The translations under genes and the position numbers were made by a program. Of a stretch of 64,000 nucleotides of DNA, positions 9,816-19,251 are shown piece by piece (the stretch's first letter is position 1; each line of letters starts with the position of its first letter). The notes under the pieces were generated by a model. It was not told the DNA's origin. It saw only the letters and a program-made list of their open reading frames with translations, and did no database searches. The stretch lies in contig JAXGJB010000003.1 in NCBI GenBank assembly GCA_040770465.1, positions 50,421 to 114,420 of the forward strand. The letters are read 5' to 3'. This stretch comes from Methanothrix sp. GTDB lineage: Archaea; Halobacteriota; Methanosarcinia; Methanotrichales; Methanotrichaceae.

Positions 9816-10946
9816 TCACCAGCCAGAGCATATCTCTATCGCCCGCAGAAGGTCTGAGCGGGAGACGATTCCGACGAGCTGGCCGTCCTCCATCACGGGA
9901 AGCCTCCTGATCTGCCGCTCCATCATCTTCTTCATCGCCTCGGCGGCATCGGCGCCCGGCTCGATGACGTATATCGCCTTCACCATCACCTCCCTCACCG
10001 TGGTGGTGCCCCTATTCTCCTCGGGGACCTTCTGGACGTCGGATATCGTCACGATCCCCGCGAGCTTCCCGTCCTCCATCACCGGGTATCCCCGATGCTT
10101 CTCGCGGAACATGAGGCTCATAATCTCCGGGAGGGTCGTCTCGGGGGAGACGGTCCGAAGCTCCCTCGACATTATGTCTCTCACCTTCACCCCCTCCAGG
10201 GGGACGACGATGGCCGTCGACCTATCCTCGTCGCTGGCGGCGATGTAGATGAAGAATGCTATGACCACCAGGAGGATGCCGCCTCCGAAGAGCCCCAAAA
10301 ATCCCATCAGGATTGCGAAGAACTTGCCGATGTTTGCGGCCCGTCTCGTCGCCTCGACGTAGGGCATTCTGGACGCAAACCAGGCCCGGAGGACTCTGCC
10401 CCCGTCCATGGGGAAGGCTGGAAGGAGGTTGAAGACCATCAGGACGATGTTGATCACCCCCAGGGTCCAGAGGAGGGTGGTGAGGGGGTTGCCTCCACCG
10501 AGGAGGAGGGCCGACTGGAAGCTCAGAAGGGTGCATCCGACCCCGATGATCCCGCTGACGCTGGGGCCGGCCACCGCCATCCTCGCCTCCATGCTGGGAT
10601 TTCGCGGAATATCCTCCATCGAGGCGACTCCGCCGAAGATGTAGAGGGTTATGCTCCTGATCTTGATGCCGTAACGCATAGCGACGAAGGAGTGGCCCAG
10701 CTCGTGGAGGGCGACGCAGAGGAAGAGGAGGAGGGAGAAGGCGAAGGAGTAGAAGAGCCTGGTCCCGGAGGGCTCGACGGCTCCAAACCCGTAGGCGAAA
10801 TCGTAGACATCGCCGAAGAGGGATACGCTGGTGGGCTGGGTGAATGTCGAAAAAACGTAGGCTACGAAGGGTATGATCAGAAGGAAGGTGATGTGGAGTC
10901 TTATGGGGATTCCGGCGATCCTGCCGATCTGGAGGGCGGAGCTCAT
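9816..10946 (-). CDS. M50 site-2 metalloprotease with CBS domains
   Basis: LHELGH, FNLLPAFPMDGG, two C-terminal CBS domains. Confidence 0.93.
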   Translation of the reverse strand: MSSALQIGRIAGIPIRLHITFLLIIPFVAYVFSTFTQPTSVSLFGDVYDFAYGFGAVEPSGTRLFYSFAFSLLLFLCVALHELGHSFVAMRYGIKIRSITLYIFGGVASMEDIPRNPSMEARMAVAGPSVSGIIGVGCTLLSFQSALLLGGGNPLTTLLWTLGVINIVLMVFNLLPAFPMDGGRVLRAWFASRMPYVEATRRAANIGKFFAILMGFLGLFGGGILLVVIAFFIYIAASDEDRSTAIVVPLEGVKVRDIMSRELRTVSPETTLPEIMSLMFREKHRGYPVMEDGKLAGIVTISDVQKVPEENRGTTTVREVMVKAIYVIEPGADAAEAMKKMMERQIRRLPVMEDGQLVGIVSRSDLLRAIEICSGW

Positions 10947-11096
10947 GATCTGAAACTCATCCTGCCAGTTAATATCTTTTTTGAGGGGTTGGACCAGGGA
11001 CGCTTCCTTCCGGCTGTCGCGGGCTCCTCCTCCTCCTCCGATCCCTCGGCATGGAGCGCAAGGATCGCGCACATTTCACCATATCCATACCCTTTT

Positions 11097-11123
11097 GTAA
11101 TACTACAATGGAAATAGTTATAA
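11097..11123. promoter_or_regulatory. Possible NikR-like operator (GTAATAC-N13-GTTATAA)
   Basis: Imperfect dyad with a 13-nt AT-rich spacer upstream of a metal-type solute-binding protein. Confidence 0.3.
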
Positions 11124-11210
11124 CCAATCCCCACTATTCTCCCCCGGCGGTGACCGGCCCTCCCTCAGACATCGGAGATCTGTTTCCGGGGAAGCCGCCC
11201 AAATCGGAGG

Positions 11211-12464
11211 ATGGGTATCATGAAGATCGTATCAGCGTTGACGCTCTCATCAGTTCTGTTTCTGCTTCTGGCGGCAGGGCCCTCGATGGCCGGGGATCGC
11301 ATCCTCAACATCTTCGGCAACGCCAATGGTGACGAGGTCGTAGACGAGGAGGACATCGCCCTCATCGAGGCGATGATCAACGGTTCGGAGCCCAGGACCG
11401 AGCTTGCCGACGCCGACATCGACGGCGACGTCGACCGCGACGACCTGGTCCGGGTCGAGGAGATCATCCGGGGCGACCCGACACAGATCGCCCTCATCGA
11501 CTCGGTGGGCAGGGTCGTGACGGCGGAGGTCCCGGTGGAGAGGATAATTCCCCTCAACATGCGCCACGCCACCGCCGTCATCGTCCTTGGAGGCGAGGAT
11601 AAGATCGTGGGCGTGGACACCACCGTCCAGGATCGAGAACTCTTATTCGGCTACCTCAGTGCAGTGGAGTCCGTTGGCAACACCAAGGAGCCGGACCTGG
11701 AGACGATAGTCTCCCTTGAGCCTGATCTTGTCATCACCTTCACCCATCTCGGGGCTACAGACCAGCTGGACGAGAACCTTCCCTCGGAGACGGCCCTGGT
11801 CCGGTTCGATCTCTCTCGGGCCGACGGCATCAAAGAGGAGATGATGCTTCTCGGCTACCTCATCGGCGATAGAGACGCAGCGAGGGGGTACCAGGAGTGG
11901 TACGACCGGTACATGGGGACTGTCGAGGAGAGGGTCTCAGCCATCCCCGAAGAGGACCGGGTGAGGGTCTTCATGGAGCGGGAGAGCGCCGACCGGGAAG
12001 CCTCCGTCCGGTGGGCTTACGCCAGCGATACCGGGTACACCGACCTCTGCGACGTCGCTGGAGGCGTCAACATCGGAAGGGAGAAGATCGATTATAACGG
12101 AGACGTCGAGGCGGAGTGGGTGATGGAGGAGAACCCCGCCGTGATCATCGGCCTCTCTTACAGCGGCGGCTACCAGGCGGAGAACGCCTCCCTCCTCGGG
12201 GCCTACAGAGACGGGATCATGACCGCCCCAGGCTTTGATCTCATCGACGCCGTAAAAGACGGCCGGGTCCACGTCATATCCGGCGACTTCTCCCTCGGAC
12301 CCCAGATGACCATCGGGACCGTCGTCGTCGCCAAGTGGCTCTACCCTGAGCTGTTCGCCGACCTCGACCCCGAGGCGATCCACCAGGAGTTTCTGCAAGA
12401 CCTGATGCACGTCGACTACGACCTCGCCGAGCACGGTGCCTTCGTCTACCCGCCGATGGAGTGA
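11211..12464 (+). CDS. ABC transporter substrate-binding protein (iron/cobalamin class III type) with N-terminal dockerin-like EF-hand pair
   Basis: Signal peptide, GNANGD..D..D and ADADIDGDVD repeats, PVERII, EPDLVI, AVKDGRV. Confidence 0.85.
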   Translation: MGIMKIVSALTLSSVLFLLLAAGPSMAGDRILNIFGNANGDEVVDEEDIALIEAMINGSEPRTELADADIDGDVDRDDLVRVEEIIRGDPTQIALIDSVGRVVTAEVPVERIIPLNMRHATAVIVLGGEDKIVGVDTTVQDRELLFGYLSAVESVGNTKEPDLETIVSLEPDLVITFTHLGATDQLDENLPSETALVRFDLSRADGIKEEMMLLGYLIGDRDAARGYQEWYDRYMGTVEERVSAIPEEDRVRVFMERESADREASVRWAYASDTGYTDLCDVAGGVNIGREKIDYNGDVEAEWVMEENPAVIIGLSYSGGYQAENASLLGAYRDGIMTAPGFDLIDAVKDGRVHVISGDFSLGPQMTIGTVVVAKWLYPELFADLDPEAIHQEFLQDLMHVDYDLAEHGAFVYPPME

Positions 12465-12480
12465 AGATGCACGAGCCTTT

Positions 12481-13029
12481 TCATCCGACGCCGACGATCC
12501 GCCTGATCATGGCGCTGTGCTCCACCATGCAGGCGACGATGTAGGCCTCTTCGAGGGTCGCGCCTATGGCGAAGACCCCGTGACCCCGGACGATGCAGGC
12601 TCTGCTCCCCGAAAGGGCGTTCGAGGCGGTCCTCGCGAGATCGCGGCTTCCCATCTCCCCCTCGACGATGGGGACGGTCCCCAGGAACCGGGCCCCTTCG
12701 CCGTCCATCGGCTCAAAGGGCCCCTCCTCCAAAATCGACGTCGCCACGGCGTAGGGGGAGTGGGTGTGGATGACGGCCCCGGCCGCCGTCTTCTCGTAGA
12801 TGGCCCGGTGGACGACGGTCTCGCAGCTGGCGAGGGCGTCTTCGGGGCAGGGTCCCGATCTGGTGACGGCGATCAGCTGGTCGGGTGTAAGCTCGTCGAG
12901 GATCGATCCGGCCGACGTGATAAGGATCATCACGTCGGAGAGGACGCTTATGTTACCGAAATGGGCGTAGGTCAGGCCGGATGAGACGAGCTTTTTGCCG
13001 AACCTCATCATCTCTTTCTTTTGGTCCAT
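12481..13029 (-). CDS. Class II aldolase/adducin family (FucA-like)
   Basis: GNIS, ASCE..VH, HTHS, GHG motifs. Confidence 0.88.
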   Translation of the reverse strand: MDQKKEMMRFGKKLVSSGLTYAHFGNISVLSDVMILITSAGSILDELTPDQLIAVTRSGPCPEDALASCETVVHRAIYEKTAAGAVIHTHSPYAVATSILEEGPFEPMDGEGARFLGTVPIVEGEMGSRDLARTASNALSGSRACIVRGHGVFAIGATLEEAYIVACMVEHSAMIRRIVGVG

Positions 13030-13038
13030 AGGCCACCC

Positions 13039-14940
13039 TCACTCCAGATCGAAGGGGACTGCCATCGTCCCCACCCCGCCGAACTGATCTTTCGCCTCCA
13101 CTGCGATCGAGTATTCGCCGGGGTCCCAGAACCTCGTCTCCCAGCGACCTGTGTAGACTCCGTTTCCGTCGATGTCCCCCATGGGAATTCTGATATCCCT
13201 ATTCTCGCCGACGACGTAGACCTCCACCTCGGAGGCGTCTCCGGAGATTCCAGCCTCGACGGTGACGGGGTCACCGACCACTCCCGCCGATCTGCTGAGG
13301 GCGAGGCTGCGGACCTCGGGTCCGGTCGGGTCGTCGGCATCCTCCACCATGGAGAGGGCAGAGGAGAGGTTTATGGCTCCGTATCCGTAGGTGTTGTCGA
13401 AGCCCGACGGTCCGATGTCGTCGGCGGAGATCAAAAGGGCCCTCTTCACCCCGGCGGGATCGAGGCTCGGCTGCTTCTGGAGGATCACCGCGGCGGCCCC
13501 CGCCGCCTGGGGTGCCGCCATGGACGTCCCCTCCATGACGCTCTCCCCATGGAGGGTTCCAGACCGAGCAGAGGTGACGTTCACCCCCACCGCCACCAGG
13601 TCGGGTTTTGGCCGGTTGTCGGGGGTGGGGCCCCGGGAAGACCTCTCAAATATGTTCCCCCGGAGGTCCATGGCGCCGACGGTTATCACCTTCTCGGCCG
13701 TCCCCGGCGTCACGATCGACCTGGTGGACGGCCCGGCGTTCCCGGCGGCGACGCACATGACGATCCCCTCGTCTACCATCCGATCACAGGCTTCATCCAG
13801 GAGGTCGGACCCGTTGCTGGGGTCCTCTCCTCCCACGCTGAAGGACAATACGTCTATCCCCAGGTCGTCCTGATTTTCAAGGCACCAGTCGAGGGCGGTA
13901 AGGGCGTCGGAGAGATAACAAGCGCCATCTTCGTCCATCACCTTGATCACCACCAGCCTCGCGCCGGGGGCGACCCCACCGGTCTCGCCGGTCCCGGCGA
14001 TCAGGCTCGCGCAGTGGGTGCCGTGGCCGTGGTCGTCGTAGACCTCCTCCCTCCCATTGACGAAGTCCTTGAAGGCGACGATCTTGGGGTCGTCTGTGAG
14101 GATATCGTCGTCCAGGTCGTCGAGGGATCGGTGGTTGGGATCTGCGCCGGTATCCAGAATCGCCACCGTCTCTCCGCTTCCATCATACTCGCTGACGTTG
14201 AGCCGGGGGTCGGTCCTGGGGCTGTACCCCATAGAGGCGTCCCCCAGGATGGTGAGCTTCTTATCTTCATAAACCCCTTTGACGCCTTCCGTCTCGGCGA
14301 GGCTCTCAAGCTCCTCCTTAGGCACCACCATCGAGGCGCCGGGAAGGACGCTGAACTCCTCGGCCGCCCTCTCCTGGACAGCTGGTTCCGCCTCGATGGA
14401 GACGTCATCCTCGAACTTGACTATGACCCGGAGCTCTTCATCTTCAAGCCTCTCGAGGCTGTCCTCTATCCGGTTGGAGTTCAGGTCCAGAGGGTCCTGG
14501 ATCCTGAGGACCAGGTCGTCGGACCGCGCGGCGTTCCCCGCCCGGTCGACGGCGATGATCGTGATCCGATGGTCGCCAAATGGAAGGTTAGAGCCGCAAC
14601 GCCCCTCGTACCTGCCGGTTCGGCCGAGGTCGATCATCGGTATGAAAAGCCCACCCACCTCGGCGTAGACCGCGTCCACCGCGACGTCGTCGTTCACCCA
14701 GGCGCTGATCTCGACATCCGGGTCGCCTCGCTCGACGATCTCTGGCAGGACGTGGGCGTAGAGGATGACGGGAGGCTCCGTATCTTCATCGGAGTTGATG
14801 ACGGCATCGAACCTCTGGAGGAACCACCGAGGCGTAACCTCCTGAGGTGGTTTGACGGAGATGGAGATGGCCTCGCCGCTGGAGGCGGTCAAGACGATCG
14901 CCACCAGGGCGAGAAAAAATAGGAGGCTTTGTCGGCTCAT
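13039..14940 (-). CDS. Secreted S8 subtilisin-family peptidase with Ig-like domains
   Basis: Signal peptide; triad ILDTG, HGHGTH, GTSMAAP. Confidence 0.92.
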   Translation of the reverse strand: MSRQSLLFFLALVAIVLTASSGEAISISVKPPQEVTPRWFLQRFDAVINSDEDTEPPVILYAHVLPEIVERGDPDVEISAWVNDDVAVDAVYAEVGGLFIPMIDLGRTGRYEGRCGSNLPFGDHRITIIAVDRAGNAARSDDLVLRIQDPLDLNSNRIEDSLERLEDEELRVIVKFEDDVSIEAEPAVQERAAEEFSVLPGASMVVPKEELESLAETEGVKGVYEDKKLTILGDASMGYSPRTDPRLNVSEYDGSGETVAILDTGADPNHRSLDDLDDDILTDDPKIVAFKDFVNGREEVYDDHGHGTHCASLIAGTGETGGVAPGARLVVIKVMDEDGACYLSDALTALDWCLENQDDLGIDVLSFSVGGEDPSNGSDLLDEACDRMVDEGIVMCVAAGNAGPSTRSIVTPGTAEKVITVGAMDLRGNIFERSSRGPTPDNRPKPDLVAVGVNVTSARSGTLHGESVMEGTSMAAPQAAGAAAVILQKQPSLDPAGVKRALLISADDIGPSGFDNTYGYGAINLSSALSMVEDADDPTGPEVRSLALSRSAGVVGDPVTVEAGISGDASEVEVYVVGENRDIRIPMGDIDGNGVYTGRWETRFWDPGEYSIAVEAKDQFGGVGTMAVPFDLE

Positions 14941-14965
14941 CTCCTCGATCTACGTCTTCATCCGA

Positions 14966-16822
14966 TTAATAACTTCCCAGCTTTCTGACGCCATTGGTGG
15001 CGGCGTCGGTAGTCGTCTCCTCGACCGGAACTGAGCTGTCGATCTCTATCGTCAGGACGTCCTCGAAGTAGGCGGTCTTCCCTCCCGCCGCCGCGGCGAG
15101 GGTCACGGTGTAATTCCCGTCGGAGGCGCCGGTGGCGTCCCAGGTACCCAGATACTCGCCGCTCAGAGTGGATTCGAGCTCGATGGTGGCCACCACCTCG
15201 CCTTCGGAGTCCTGGATCAGGGCACCGGCGGCGGTGATCGGCGCAAGGTCTGAGCTTCCAATCATCCCGAGCTTGATCCCTCCTACGGCATTGGAGGGGT
15301 TTGAGCCTGAGGCGTAGAGGGTGACGGGATCGAAACAGGCGACGCAGCCCATCGTCTTCACCGTGGGCTCTTCGACGGATAGAGCCTCCGATATGATCTC
15401 CTCGATCTCAGTCCCGTCGACGGACCCGTTATCTCCCTCGGATATGTTCCCGTCCGGGATGATCACATCGGCGGTCACGTTCTCTCCGCCTTCTGTGGCA
15501 TTTTCATCAGCCGTTTCCTCTTCGATAGCTTCCGCGGTGAAGATCTCTCCATCCGAGCTCTCGTCGAGGACGACCTCAAAGAGGGCGTATATGTTGACGG
15601 GGCCCGGCCTTGCGGGGTTGGGGTCGGCCCGAGCGTCTTTGAGGATGGCCTTCACGGGAGGACTATTCTCCTCCCAGTCGTTGAAGGAGTAGACGCTCGA
15701 CTCGTATCCCATCAGCTGGAGGGCGAGCCAGACCATCGCCGCCCTGGCGCCGGCATAGGAGTATACGACGATGGGCACGTCCTCATCGAGGCCGGCGAAG
15801 ACGTCGGCAAGATCATCGCTTCCCTTCATTATGCCGCTCTTCTGAACCTCGTCGTAATCGATGTGGATGGCACCCGCTATCTTGTAGGTGGCGAAGTCCT
15901 CGAGGATTCGCGCGTCGATCAGCTGGTACTCGCCGCTGGCCACCTCATCGTATGTGGCCAACAGGCCCGATCTGACCTGGGGTGTGTAGTTGGCGGCCGG
16001 TCTCGCGTTGGCTATGGTCTCAGTCTCCAGCCCCGCGGAGATCCAGGCGTCCAGCCCACCGTCCAGGACCATGACGTCGTCGTGGCCGATGTACCTCATC
16101 GCCCAGAAGACGAAGGGAGCTACGGATATGTCATCACAGGGTTCGCATCTGCCGTAGATCACCACAGAGTCTTCGGGCGATATGCCGGCGTCACCGAATA
16201 TCTCGGCCATCTCGTCGGCGGACTTTGGATTGTTGTTCTCGTCGAGGAGTTCCTCCCAGTAGAGGGGGATCGCCCCTTTGATGTGGGATGTTTCGTAGTG
16301 GGATCCCACGTCCAGGATCACATCGGCGTCCTCGGCATCTTCTGCTGAGATGAGATACTCACCATGGACATAGCTCCTATTGCCGATCTCGGCCCTTGCG
16401 GCCTCCATATCAGCTCGTGCCTGCTGGGCCGAATTGAGATCCTCAGTCTCCTCTTTTCCTGCCTCCATATCTGCTCGTGCTTGCTGGGCCGAATTGAGCT
16501 CCTTATCCTCCTCCTTTCCGGCCACCATATCAGCCCGTGCCTGCTGGGCAGAATTGAGATCCTGAGTCTTCACCGACGTCGGATTGTCGCTTAAAAAATC
16601 GAAGATCGCGAGGGTCGCATTAGACTCCCCTTTACATGCTGGACAGTCCCATTTGCCCGCGTGCTCATCATCAATATCCAAGTCTGCGGTCGCTGATGCG
16701 ACCAGAGCGAGTATCGCCGCAATAGCTACGACCCACAAAGACCAGGACCGGAGGCTTCCGGACCTGCGGCTGGCGGGGCATTCCCCGTCAGCAGATTTTA
16801 TCTTTCTTCTAACCCCTAGCAT
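14966..16822 (-). CDS. Secreted tandem-rhodanese (sulfurtransferase-like) protein with repeats and a C-terminal Ig-like domain
   Basis: HIKGAI, GIS..VVIY, VLDGGL.AW, LIDAR, IAGAI; hydrophobic N-terminus. Confidence 0.8.
   Translation of the reverse strand: MLGVRRKIKSADGECPASRRSGSLRSWSLWVVAIAAILALVASATADLDIDDEHAGKWDCPACKGESNATLAIFDFLSDNPTSVKTQDLNSAQQARADMVAGKEEDKELNSAQQARADMEAGKEETEDLNSAQQARADMEAARAEIGNRSYVHGEYLISAEDAEDADVILDVGSHYETSHIKGAIPLYWEELLDENNNPKSADEMAEIFGDAGISPEDSVVIYGRCEPCDDISVAPFVFWAMRYIGHDDVMVLDGGLDAWISAGLETETIANARPAANYTPQVRSGLLATYDEVASGEYQLIDARILEDFATYKIAGAIHIDYDEVQKSGIMKGSDDLADVFAGLDEDVPIVVYSYAGARAAMVWLALQLMGYESSVYSFNDWEENSPPVKAILKDARADPNPARPGPVNIYALFEVVLDESSDGEIFTAEAIEEETADENATEGGENVTADVIIPDGNISEGDNGSVDGTEIEEIISEALSVEEPTVKTMGCVACFDPVTLYASGSNPSNAVGGIKLGMIGSSDLAPITAAGALIQDSEGEVVATIELESTLSGEYLGTWDATGASDGNYTVTLAAAAGGKTAYFEDVLTIEIDSSVPVEETTTDAATNGVRKLGSY
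16400..16565 (-). repeat. Three 60-bp intragenic tandem repeats (LNSAQQARADM units)
   Basis: CCATATC.GC.CGTGC.TGCTGGGC.GAATTGAG recurs at 60-nt spacing. Confidence 0.9.
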
Positions 16823-16857
16823 GTTTTATCCCCTGAATGAATCGAAGCATGATAATC

Positions 16858-18351
16858 TTAAAGCTGTTCGGAGAGGGCCTCGTTGAAGTCCCATCCGGAC
16901 CTCGGCAGAAGCTCCAGCTCTCCTATCGTCTCCTCAACTTCGTACCCTTTCGCGTCCTTTGCGGTAAGGACGATCTCGTATCTTCCATCCCCCATCAGAG
17001 CGGTCTGGAGGGTGCCGACGTAGACGTCCTCGCCGGTTCGGTCCATCCTGATGTAGCTGCTCGGATCCGAGGACCTCTGGAGGCTTTTGGCCCGGGCCGA
17101 CACCTGAGCGACTCCGTATTTGGATTCGACGACAGCCTCCACCGATACCGTGGCTCCTACCTGTGCCCGGGCGGGATAGACGGAGGCGTCTGTTATCTGG
17201 AGAGGGAGGACCAGCTCCCCCATGATGGGATATACGTCTCTAGCCTTCTCGTTGATGACGTAAGGCAGATCTGCAAAGCCGTCGCCGCCCGATACGTTCT
17301 GGCCCGGACCGCCGAACTCGTCTGATCCTATGTAGTCGCCCCAGAAGTTGCCCCCATCGGGGTAGTCCGCATACCACTGGTTCGTCCCTCTATCCTCGGC
17401 GGGGATGACGCAGTCGAAGATCCTGTTCTTGTATATGTGGTTTCCGTCGGTGTTGACGAAGATCCCCTTCTGGCTCTCGGAGATGTTGTTCTCCAGGATG
17501 GTATTGTTTCCGTCAGGTCCTTCCTGGATCTGGATTCCGAAAGAGGGGTTGTTCGCGATCTCGTTTCCCCTGATCAGGTTGTATCCTGACCCCTCCTGGA
17601 GAAATATGCCTGAGACCTCATTTCCGGTGATCTCGTTCTCGAGGATCTGGTTGTTGGTGCATCCGTGGATCATCTTGATCCCGGAGATCCTGTTGTTGGC
17701 CAGCCGGTTCTTATGGATCAGGTTCTCGCTGCAGTCGGTGAAGGCGTAGATGCCGTAGTCGTTCTCCTCCGCCACGTTCTCCCGGATGACGTTCTCAGAG
17801 CAGGCGGGGAAGATGGCGATCCCGTACTCGCCGTTGTAGCTCGCGACGTTCCCCGAGATCAGGTTTTGGTTGGAGTTGGAGAGGTATATGCCGTACCAAC
17901 CCTCGCCACCGAGGCCGTTGTAGTTCGCGACGTTGTTCTCGATCCTGTTATCGTCGGAGAAGACGAGGCCGATCCCCCACTGGACACAGCCGGTGACGGT
18001 GTTGTTGGAGATGGTGCAGTTCTTGGAGTTTGTGAGGTGGATCCCGTAAAACCCGCCCTCGACGGTGAAGCCCGAGACCGTCACGTCGTCCGCCTGGATC
18101 CTGATCCCTATGTCTCGCTCGCCGACGCTGATCCGCGCGTCGTCGCCGATGAGGGCGATGCTCTTTGTTATCTCCACCCTGTCGTAGACCCCCGGTGGGG
18201 CCAGGATGGTGTCTCCGGGCCCTGCCCGGTCGATCGCCGCCTGGAGGTCTGACCCCGCCTCGTAAGTCGCGGCCGATGCCGTCATGATCAGAAGAAACCC
18301 CAGGATCGCCGTCACGCTGAGGAAGGTAGAGATATCTGCGGAACTTCTCAA
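16858..18351 (-). CDS. NosD/CASH right-handed beta-helix surface protein with C-terminal Ig-like domain
   Basis: LQAAID, repeated GI.L..S..N.I..N units, GGNFWGDY. Confidence 0.88.
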   Translation of the reverse strand: MRSSADISTFLSVTAILGFLLIMTASAATYEAGSDLQAAIDRAGPGDTILAPPGVYDRVEITKSIALIGDDARISVGERDIGIRIQADDVTVSGFTVEGGFYGIHLTNSKNCTISNNTVTGCVQWGIGLVFSDDNRIENNVANYNGLGGEGWYGIYLSNSNQNLISGNVASYNGEYGIAIFPACSENVIRENVAEENDYGIYAFTDCSENLIHKNRLANNRISGIKMIHGCTNNQILENEITGNEVSGIFLQEGSGYNLIRGNEIANNPSFGIQIQEGPDGNNTILENNISESQKGIFVNTDGNHIYKNRIFDCVIPAEDRGTNQWYADYPDGGNFWGDYIGSDEFGGPGQNVSGGDGFADLPYVINEKARDVYPIMGELVLPLQITDASVYPARAQVGATVSVEAVVESKYGVAQVSARAKSLQRSSDPSSYIRMDRTGEDVYVGTLQTALMGDGRYEIVLTAKDAKGYEVEETIGELELLPRSGWDFNEALSEQL

Positions 18352-18553
18352 GCTAACCCACCGGGGTTAAGGATGATCTTCAGTTAATAAAGCTAACGCG
18401 GACTCCCCCTCTCCCGAAACCCTCCATTATCCGCGATGGAGCCCAAAATCGCCGAAGCTCGCCTCCAGGAGGCTTTTGTAGGGTTCATGTAGGTCAAAGA
18501 TGACACAAGTCTTTTTATTCGTCCCGGTAGTATGGAGGCTTGAGGTGTTCAGT

Positions 18554-19147
18554 TTGAGATATTCGTTCAAATTGGGATGCGCTATGGCCTGCGCGGTCCT
18601 GATGGTGGGCGCGGCCATCGCAGCGGTCTGGTCCTCCGAAGATGTTCTGATAGGCGACTCGTACATAGACCAGAGCGCTGAAGACGAGAACTTCGGCGCC
18701 GAAGAGATCCTGTGGGTCTCCGCCGAAGATGACGAGCCGGTGCAGGAGTCCTGGCTTTACTTCGATACCAACGCAATAAAAGAGGCACTGGGCATAGAAT
18801 CCGCAGATGATGTCGTATCTGCGACCCTGAAAATTTATGCCACAGATGTCGAGGCCGATGGAGAGGTGGAGCTTCACTTCTACAACGAAGGATTCTTCGA
18901 AGATCGTATCGTATGGGAAGGTAAGCCCGACTACGACGAAGAGGTCGATGCGGTGACCGAGGTCTCCGAAGAGGGGTGGTACGAAATCGACGCCACAGAA
19001 ACGGTGCAGAAGGCTATCGAAGAGTGTCCTGACTGCCCCTTCTCAATGGTCCTGGTGGCTCTAGGGGACACGTCTGTTGGCTTCGCCTCCAAGGAGGCCT
19101 CCGACGGGAACGTCCCCGAACTGACCGTCAGTACCGGTGATGAGTAA
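18554..19147 (+). CDS. Secreted DNRLRE/CBM96-like domain protein
   Basis: Signal peptide; DSYI...NFG, SATLKIY, FASKE...PEL; GAGGTG RBS before the TTG. Confidence 0.65.
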   Translation: MRYSFKLGCAMACAVLMVGAAIAAVWSSEDVLIGDSYIDQSAEDENFGAEEILWVSAEDDEPVQESWLYFDTNAIKEALGIESADDVVSATLKIYATDVEADGEVELHFYNEGFFEDRIVWEGKPDYDEEVDAVTEVSEEGWYEIDATETVQKAIEECPDCPFSMVLVALGDTSVGFASKEASDGNVPELTVSTGDE

Positions 19148-19251
19148 GCGGTGATGAGCGAGCTCTTCTGATTCTACCAGTCCGGAGCGGTCCGGGATCT
19201 CCGGCCGCTCAAATTAACTTTTTATATTCCATCTCCCTTCTTCCGTCTCTG

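Noticed and set aside
13021-14922. 633-aa plus-strand ORF (and similar long antisense ORFs such as 45171-46520 and 10095-11117)
   Set aside because: These are shadow ORFs opposite well-supported genes, expected in high-GC3 DNA, and show no recognisable motifs.
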